Assembly (NCBI GenBank): GCA_951406725.2
Contig: OX597826.1
Location: 32,364,001-32,428,000, forward strand
DNA length: 64,000 nt
Origin: Octopus vulgaris
Lineage: Eukaryota
Direction: 5' to 3'
A program made the translations under genes and the position numbers. Positions 55,746 to 64,000 of this stretch are shown here, one piece after another (positions within the stretch are counted from its first letter, which is position 1; each line of letters starts with the position of its first letter). The notes under the pieces are model-generated. The model ran no database searches. It saw nothing but the letters and a program-made list of their open reading frames with translations, and was not told where the DNA came from.

Positions 55746-55795
55746 CTTTGGGATACCAATGTTTCGACATTCTTGAGTGTCTCCTCAGCCACAGC
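55746..55795 (-). ncRNA. Minimal type I hammerhead ribozyme motif with intact core boxes
   Basis: Minus strand GCTGTGG-CTGAGGA-GACA(CTCAAGAA)TGTC-GAAAC-ATTGGTATC-CCAAAG: perfect CUGANGA and GAAA, 4-bp stem II closed by G-C, stem I CTGTGG/CCAAAG 5 of 6, tiny stem III. Confidence 0.6.
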
Positions 55796-56311
55796 TATCT
55801 AGGACTAATGAATCTAACAAGAGTTTCTGGTTTCTGGCCCTTGTTGATAGGACTCAGTAAAGGAATTATTTGTCAATGTATGCTAATATCTGCCAACTGA
55901 TAACAAACCATCATGTGTATGGTGAACAGTGAGAATCAAATGATGCTACGAATACTCATTCTTATATTTTTCTTCTATAAAAGTGAAAATGAACACACAC
56001 TGTACACACATATACTTTTACGCATGTACGCACGTGCGTGCACACACACACACACACACACACATATTACTGTATCTATATTTCTCAGCTTTAAGCAAAC
56101 AATGTTTTAACAAAGTCAAACATCTATTTGTTTTTTCTTTATAAAGGGAATTTATTTTCACTGGGGTGTGATTCTCAAGGAGTGGTACATCGGAGGAAAA
56201 ATAAGCTGGGGAAGATTTGGCACAAAATGAAATAATGGAAACCTAGACATGTAGACTACAGAAACGAGATTAAGCTATTAGACAGACCAGTCGAACTCTT
56301 CAAGTTTGTTA

Positions 56312-56426
56312 TTGATGAAGATGATGATGATGGCCATGTTGATGATGATGATGATGATAATGGCCATGTTGATGATGTTGATGATGATGGCCATGTTGAT
56401 GATGATGATGATGATGCCATGATGAT
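56312..56426. repeat. Minisatellite built on (GAT)n with a recurring GGCCATGTT unit (~27-30 bp period)
   Basis: Three clear units plus one decayed unit. Confidence 0.9.
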
Positions 56427-58836
56427 TGACCATTCTTATCAGTAAATAGTGTGAGTATGCATGTAGTTATGTGTTAAGTAGATATGAAGTATTATAAGGA
56501 AGCCGAAGATTAAGTCATTTAGATGTAGCCATTGCCTTGCCAGTGATGATGTTGTGACTATGATACTACGAATCGAATCGTAGACAAATCTAGAATTGTT
56601 TCATATGCGACTGACAATGAGTTAAATATATTAACCAAGAAAAAGAATACATAAGCTGGTGTGGATGGGTGGATGGATATTGCAACATCTACATTGTTAC
56701 AGGACAGATACATATCAAAACTAGGAAGCATATATCAAAGCTAATATAAATATTTGTAGTAGAAGTAGTTGTATTAATAGCAATAATTCTAAATAATTAA
56801 AAAAATCTTCTAGTCGGATAGTAATGGCAGCAGTAGTAGCTGTAGTAGTAGTATTAGTAGTAGCTGTGGTAATGTTTGTAGCAGTGGTGGTAGTGATGGT
56901 AGTGGTAGTGAGTTTCTTATGGTGTCTTCCTACAATAATAGTTCGAAATGTTGGCCCAAGGCCAACGATCTTGGGGAAGGAAGAAGGCTGCTTACATTGA
57001 ATACAGTGATCATTCAGTATATATTTTATAGACTTAGAAAGGATGAAAATCAAAATCGACATCAGCAGAATTTGAACTCAGAATATAAAGAGCCAGAAAC
57101 AAGGCTGCTAAACATTTTGCCCCACATGCTAATGGTTCTACTAAACCATTGCCTTTTCTGTCATCTAGCTGCCTTCTTCCTACCATAGTGTACAATAATT
57201 CAGATACAAAGTTAACTAGTCTCAAACTAATATTACATGCCTTTGAAGACAGTACCCAAGCATAGAAACTGCTAAATTGCTAAAACCAGTAAAGGGATTA
57301 TTTTTCAATTTCTGAAAGATATGGGCTTACACACTTAACATTTGTTTATCATTTCATGAATTATCATCTTCATTAAAAAACTCACCTCTAGCAACTCCTT
57401 TATACTTCAGTGATAGCTATCCAGAAACTTTAAGGCCTTGTTTTAAGGTCATTGTTTTTCCTTACCTAAAATTATTAAAGCCCTTCATGAATTGTAACCT
57501 GCTTCTCTAATGTTGCCCTCACATGAAGACCCTGTGGCAAATAAAAGAAATCCTTATTTGTTCTAATGCAAAAATGTCGTCAGAAAGAGGACATTTTTTT
57601 TAAAAATGGTTTTTAAAATACTACCAAGATTAGAGAAGCAATTTGTTTTCAAGGATGCACCAACCATAATTGCCTTTTGGTTTAGGAACAAAGCTAGTAA
57701 GTTTGAGGGGCAAGAGTTAGTCAATTCCATCACCTGCTCCACCCACTACTTGGAAATTTCTATTTTTATTTAACCTGACAATAAAGTAAAACATGGTTCA
57801 CTTCACCAGGATTTGAACTCAGATTGAAAAAAAAAAAGAAAAGTAACACCCACTGCAAAGTAACTTTTCCAACACTCCACTGGTTCTGCTAACTTGCTGC
57901 CTCTGATTGCGTCTTTCATGGAAGCTATGAAAGCAGATTTAATAATAGAAAACATTCAATTGTTTTCTGTCTCTACTTCTCCATCTCCTCTTTTCCTTTT
58001 TTCTAGTTTTTTTCCTTCTTCTATATAAGTGGCATTATTGACCTCTCTCAGCCAGTCACAGCTTACCTGCTTTACAAGGACGTTTAAATTGATTGAATAA
58101 ATAAACACCATATAAATAATAGAAAGGAGAAGATTGATGGTCACTGAGCACGTAAAGCCTCAGATTTGCAAAACAGGAGATATGAGATTATGGGACGTTC
58201 ATGCATTTTTCAAGATGATTAACAACATTGCAACGTGAATTAAAATAGCTGTATGCCAGACTTGAAACAGGAGATAGAGGATCGTTTTTATCCTCTGTTA
58301 ATTGTTTCAGTAACTGTTCAGTGGCCATACTGGAGCACTGCCTTGGAAAGTTTATAGTTGACCAAATCAACCACTGTACATATTCTTTAGCGTGGTACTT
58401 TGTCTATCAATCTCTTGTTTCCCTGAATAAGTTACCAAATCAACATGAATGTACATACAGGCATACATACATACATGCTTAAATATGTACGCACAGGCAT
58501 ATATGTGCATATGTGTGGCTTGGTGGTTAGAGATGTCACACTCATGATTCTAAGATTGAAGTTTCAATTCTAGATTGGGCAAGACCTTGTGTTCTTGAGC
58601 AAGATGCTTCCTCTCAAGTTGGTCCAGTCCACTCAGCTGGCAAAAATGCAAAGACTGAGTAATATTGCAACAGACTGGTGTCTTATCAAGGTGTGTGTGT
58701 GTGTGGGGGGGGATATATATGCCACAGAATGCAAGAAATGTTCTTATGAACCTATGACTCAGCAAGAACTTTCCACCCACTATTTACATTTATACATACA
58801 TTTGTGTATGTCTATTTATTTCTCTCTCTCTCACAT

Positions 58837-58883
<47 letters not shown>

Positions 58884-59489
58884 TATGGAAAGGATTATGA
58901 TTCAAGCTGTGTCAAATATTGCAATCCACTAAGAATCCCAACTTATATATATATATAAATGTATATATACCTGTATATTTAGAAAGTGATGTCACAGGTT
59001 GGGATTGAACTCAAAACTATGTGAATGGGAAGCAAGGTTCTTACCATACAACCAGGCTTGCATCTATCCTGGACTTCCTTTCATATGCAGCATCATAATT
59101 GTTTAAACCAACTAAATATGAAGTAACAATGACTGCGATGTCAGAGTGTTGCTCTACAGATCATTGATATTGAGTCATAAGTTCCGATCTGTCTAATGTC
59201 AGGATGTTGTTTGTGTTCCCTTGTACAAATTACCTACGTCTGCTTTTATTCAGTTTATTGAAAATGAACAAAAAGACTGACTTTATTCATATTTCATAGT
59301 TGAGTAGTTAACAGTGGGACAGATATCCAGCTGCGACAGCGAACAAAGGACCCACCCCTTTCATACGAGGAAGGGTATATAGAAGTAGAACACTAAAAAT
59401 AACAGGTAATGGCAAAAAAAAACATTTAAAAAATCAAATAAATAAATAAATATCGATTTCTATAGACTTTTGTTTTAATGAAATTGTTG

Positions 59490-59720
59490 CTGTTGTTTCT
59501 GTTGTTGTTGCTGTTGTTCACGCCCATCTCAGCCCTGATCGACCAGTTATTGATCTCTGGTATGTCAGCTGTGACCATCTCTCGCTTTCCCTCTATGCAA
59601 AAAAAGCCCTGGGTCGAATGATCAACCGTCCTTTTTTCCAAGCAGTAGGGTATGATTTAAAGGAGACGTAACTGCTATTTCTAAAAAGTCAAATAACCTC
59701 ATAAAGAGCCCCTCATTGAC
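59490..59720 (-). mobile_element. 3' end of another retroposon family with (CAA)n tail
   Basis: (GTT)n followed by CAGCCCTGATCGA...CAGCTGTGACCATC...CTGCTATTTCTA. Recognised as repeat-like, with only one clear copy here. Confidence 0.45.
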
Positions 59721-61445
59721 TTGTTACATTGGATGTGATAGTTGTATGTAGCTGTGTGGTTAAGTGGTTTGCTTCACAACCTCACAGTTTTGGGTTCAGT
59801 TCCAGTGCATGGCATTGCACATTGGGTGTCTTCATTTATGGCTGTATGAATGGAAATTTCCCTGATGGAAACTACAGAGATGTAGTTGGTTGAAACTGAA
59901 TATAAATGTTAAATATGTGACTTAGCAATCCGGGAAATAGTGGTCAATAAAATACATATCTAAGAAAAATAAATACTGAGGATGATATAATCAATTAAAA
60001 ATTCTTTTATGTATTGCCCCAGTATGGCCACAGATCAACGACTGAAACCCTATAAGCGAGTAAGGCTGAGGAGTGGGAAGGAATAGTAGAAAGTGAGACA
60101 GAATAGCATGTGGTATTTAGTAATGATGACAATGATGATGATGATGACGGTGGCGGCGGCGGTAGTGGTGGTGGTGCTGAAGGTGTCAGTGGTGATGATG
60201 GTGATGATGTTAGTTTTAGTACATACTAGTAGTAGCAGCAGTAAAATGATGAATGGTGATGTGTTCCAACAGGCAAAGAAAATTAACTGCAAATTATATA
60301 TATGTGTGTGTGTGTGTGTGTAAATTATGCATTCTCTTATTAATATTTTGTCTATGTCATATGTAAATATCTTTGTGTATATATATGTATGTAAACTTAT
60401 ACATATATATATATATAGATAGATAGATACACATGTTTGTCAGTATTACTACCTCTCTCTCTATACATATACTAAGAGAGTGAAAGAAAGAGAGAGAGAA
60501 AGAGGTGTATGCAAGTACATGTGCATACCTATCTATCTATCTATCTATCTCTTTATATATATATAAATGTATGCATGTATGTGTGTACGTCTATATATAT
60601 ATATATGTATTACTATATGTATAAATTTAATAAAATACATACATATATGCCTTTGTTTATACATAGATGTATATGTGTATGAGTGTGTATATATATATAA
60701 TATATATAAATATATATATATGTATGCACACACACCACACACACAACACACACAGTGCCAAAGCAGCATACACACACCAGCACACATATGCACACGTATA
60801 AAATAAAAAAGAAATAAATTCATAATATATTCGCATATAGAAAGTCATGGCGATGCTGGAGCAAGCAAAGCGTATCATTATTTATTTAATTCTTTCCAGT
60901 AGCTGAAACCTTTGCAACTAACGAAACCTTAAATAATTAAACAGCTCAAAAAATATAATAAACAAATATATAAATAGATAAAAAAATAAAATAGATAGGT
61001 AAATAGATAAAAGCGAGTGAATTGTATAGATGGAGAATGAAGAGAGGCGAAAATATATTGGAAAAAAACATACAATATATATATAAATATATATACACAC
61101 TACATACATACATATATATATATGCGCATATCTACACATATGTATGTATATATATATATGTGTGTATGTGTGCATATATATGTCAGCAGATAGATTATTT
61201 TTAAAGTCGATATTAAAGCAGCAGTCACTAGCTATTAGATATTGTTAATTATAAATACTATTTCTAATTGCTTTTTTTCACTTTTAGATGATAATCAGCC
61301 CTCTCCTCCACCATCTCATTTTTCTCATCATCATCACCATCACCATCAACATCATTGTCACACACACATATACATACATTTATATGTACACACACATATA
61401 TATATATATACATGTGTGTGTATATATATATACATACATACATAT

Positions 61446-61491
<46 letters not shown>

Positions 61492-61821
61492 GCATACATA
61501 AACACAACTATATTGTTATCATCTTAACGTCTATTTTTCCATGCTTGCATGGGTCAGATGAGTGTACATTGAGACAGAAAGAAAGAGAATAAAGCTGTTT
61601 TAAGTAAACAACAATATATTTTAATTATAGAGGAAGGACAGTCAGTCTTCCAGCAAAGACATAGAAAACCCATAGGGAAGGTTACAGATCTGACACAAAA
61701 GCCTTTGACAAATCAATAAATTAATAGATAAAAGAAATGAATTGCAACCAGTGCAGGAGTTTTTATTAACTGAATAGAATGACCCTCCCAAATTCACCAA
61801 TAACAATATAAACAATGTTGT

Positions 61822-62250
61822 AGTAAATATTCTTTGTCAACATAACATGTCAGTCCTGGTTTAGGATGAATGTTGCTGTCATTTAACCTCAGGAGGCCCT
61901 TATATTTTTGAACAAGGGAATCTAGCACCCTCACTCAGCTCAAAACAATATCTGAGTATCACGATTTCCAGGTATTTCCCTTCATCAGCACAGAATACTT
62001 GTTCGGCCCAAGGTGGCACTTCCAAATTCCTGTTCGAAATATATAGTTTTCAAAGTGACAACTAGTCACTAATCTATAAATTTGGAGACGATGCCCCCTG
62101 GGGCTAAATTACAGCAACATTCGTCCTAAACCAGGATTGCCATGTTATGTTGGCAAACAATCTTTACTCCAAAGTACCGTTGCTGAATCTCTCATTGTGA
62201 GATTTAAAAATAATAATTTTCTAAACAATATATTGTTCTCAGACAGAAAT
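61822..62250. mobile_element. Long inverted-repeat (foldback/MITE-like) element
   Basis: Arms 61822-61897 and 62093-62168 align ungapped as reverse complements at 66/76 by hand count. Related copy at 41010-41320. Confidence 0.85.
61951..61995 (-). ncRNA. Hammerhead-like motif inside the inverted-repeat element
   Basis: Minus strand TCTGTG-CTGATGA-AGG(GAAATA)CCT-G-GAAAT-CGTG-ATA-CTCAGA: CUGAUGA, 3-bp stem II, one extra G, 2-bp stem III, AUA triplet, stem I 5 of 6. Confidence 0.5.
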
Positions 62251-63279
62251 AAAGTTGTAAATCATTCTTATTCTGTTATTGTGTGTGTGGGTGTGCATGT
62301 GCGCACACAGATGTTCATATGTGTATGTGTGTGTGTGTGTGCATGTGTGTATGAGTGATTGTGAAGAAATGACATGTCTGTAGAACTGGAGATGTTGATG
62401 CAGAAATTTGGAGATATGGTAACTGAGATATTGAATTTTATGTGCTTTGTGAAGTGGTCGGTGATAAGAATGATGTCCAGCTGTAGAGACCAGGACAAAA
62501 ATCAAAATATGTCTGAGCACCAGTTTGGAGAACTGTAACTCCTAGCAAGAAATGGCTTGGATTATAGCGATCCATCTAACTCATGCCAGCATGGTACGTG
62601 GATGTAATATGATGATGATGATGATATGTATGCCAGTTTCAAGAATAGTGACCCAGTAATGCAATGTGTTATGAAAAGTAATAAAAGAGTTATTGTCAGG
62701 AATGGAACCCAGCCACGAATTACTGCTTCTGAAAGCACTCACCACTTTCTAATTCTCATACCATCATAGAAAAGTGGACAAAAACAAAACAATTACGATG
62801 TTTATATACCTCAAGTCATGAAACTTTTTGGAGGAACAGACATCAGATCTTCTGACAGCCTTCTCTGTCAAAGACTAACAATCTATCCAGAAGCAGTTTT
62901 GTCTCTCATCTCTCATCTACAATGTGCTTTAATGTTACAGACTCTCTGATGTTGTCAAACAATGGTTTTTGTTTTTTTTATAAACAAAACAAACTACCAG
63001 TGGCTGAACTAGCATGTCATGTTTATCTGCGTTTCTGTTCATTGCAGCACACACAGCAAAAATGGTATTAATTCAGTTAGGAACATAAGACATCGTTTAA
63101 TCTAAAATCTTCACATTCTTCAAACACAGCAAACTACAATATGTCTTCTTCTCTTGACCTCTGCCAGAAACAGAGACCATCAGCTGTCATCTTGACTGTT
63201 CTTCCCCGACTTACAGACACACTTTCAAAGCACCGACCACAATATTGTTCTACACTACTGTTACTCCAAATATCACTAA

Positions 63280-63303
63280 TAATATTATTATTACTACTAC
63301 TAC

Positions 63304-63353
<50 letters not shown>

Positions 63354-63398
63354 GTAGTAGTAGTAGTAGTAGCAGTAGTAGTATCATCATCATCATCG

Positions 63399-63430
<32 letters not shown>

Positions 63431-63637
63431 ATTATTATTATTATTATTATCATTGTTATTATTTACTTTAAGTAATAAACTAGAGTTATATGACGTTTTA
63501 CCGTCTTCTACATAAACACCATTATTGCTTGGATTTTGACAACATTTGTATAGGTTTTTGTTTTCGTATCTGTTTAGCCATTACAACTAGTAGTAAAAGT
63601 TGTAGTAGCAGCAGTGGAGTGATGGTGGGAATAGAAA

Positions 63638-63730
<93 letters not shown>

Positions 63731-63733
63731 CAG
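63280..63733. repeat. Compound trinucleotide microsatellites (ATT/ACT/AGT/ATC/GTT)
   Basis: Read directly. Confidence 0.95.
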
Positions 63734-64000
63734 CAAGAATATTAAAAGTTAGTAACGATGTTGAATGCAGTTGTTATTTAGCACCAGGTGAGTTGTGAAG
63801 AAGCAGATCAATGGTGAAAAATCAAAACAGAGACGTAACATGAGAGAAGGAATGGGTAGAACAAGCTGGCAGGGGTCACGGTCCCATGGGCACAGATGTG
63901 AAGGGGCACAGAATTTCTTCTGGTCAGCTTCTTCACATTGCTGCTATTAAGGCTGCAAATCAGAAGGGTCATTACAACATCTGAGTTCAAAGCCTACCAA

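Overview
AT-rich, repeat-saturated animal genomic DNA. The SINE families and extreme microsatellite load resemble an Octopus (coleoid cephalopod) genome, which is an inference from recognition and not from a search. No protein-coding gene is firmly supported: most ORFs in the track are microsatellite or SINE read-through, so the window looks like intergenic DNA or a very long intron. Manual translation shows decayed remnants of a Penelope-like element (RT plus GIY-YIG), an R4/Dong LINE, a HERO LINE and two RTE LINEs. It also holds two copies of a mariner-derived MITE, piggyBac-type TTAA MITEs, a long inverted-repeat element, and many copies of about four SINE/LINE-tail families, several with clear target-site duplications. 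The most unusual signal is a set of minimal, Penelope-type hammerhead ribozyme motifs. One has an intact CUGANGA/GAAA core (55746-55795, minus), one lies inside an inverted-repeat element (61951-61995, minus), and decayed ones sit in short non-coding elements abutting (TA)n tracts, suggesting a retrozyme-like family. Weak splice-signal evidence suggests a minus-strand spliced transcript at the left edge and two phase-compatible plus-strand exons. Repeat boundaries were read by eye and are approximate.
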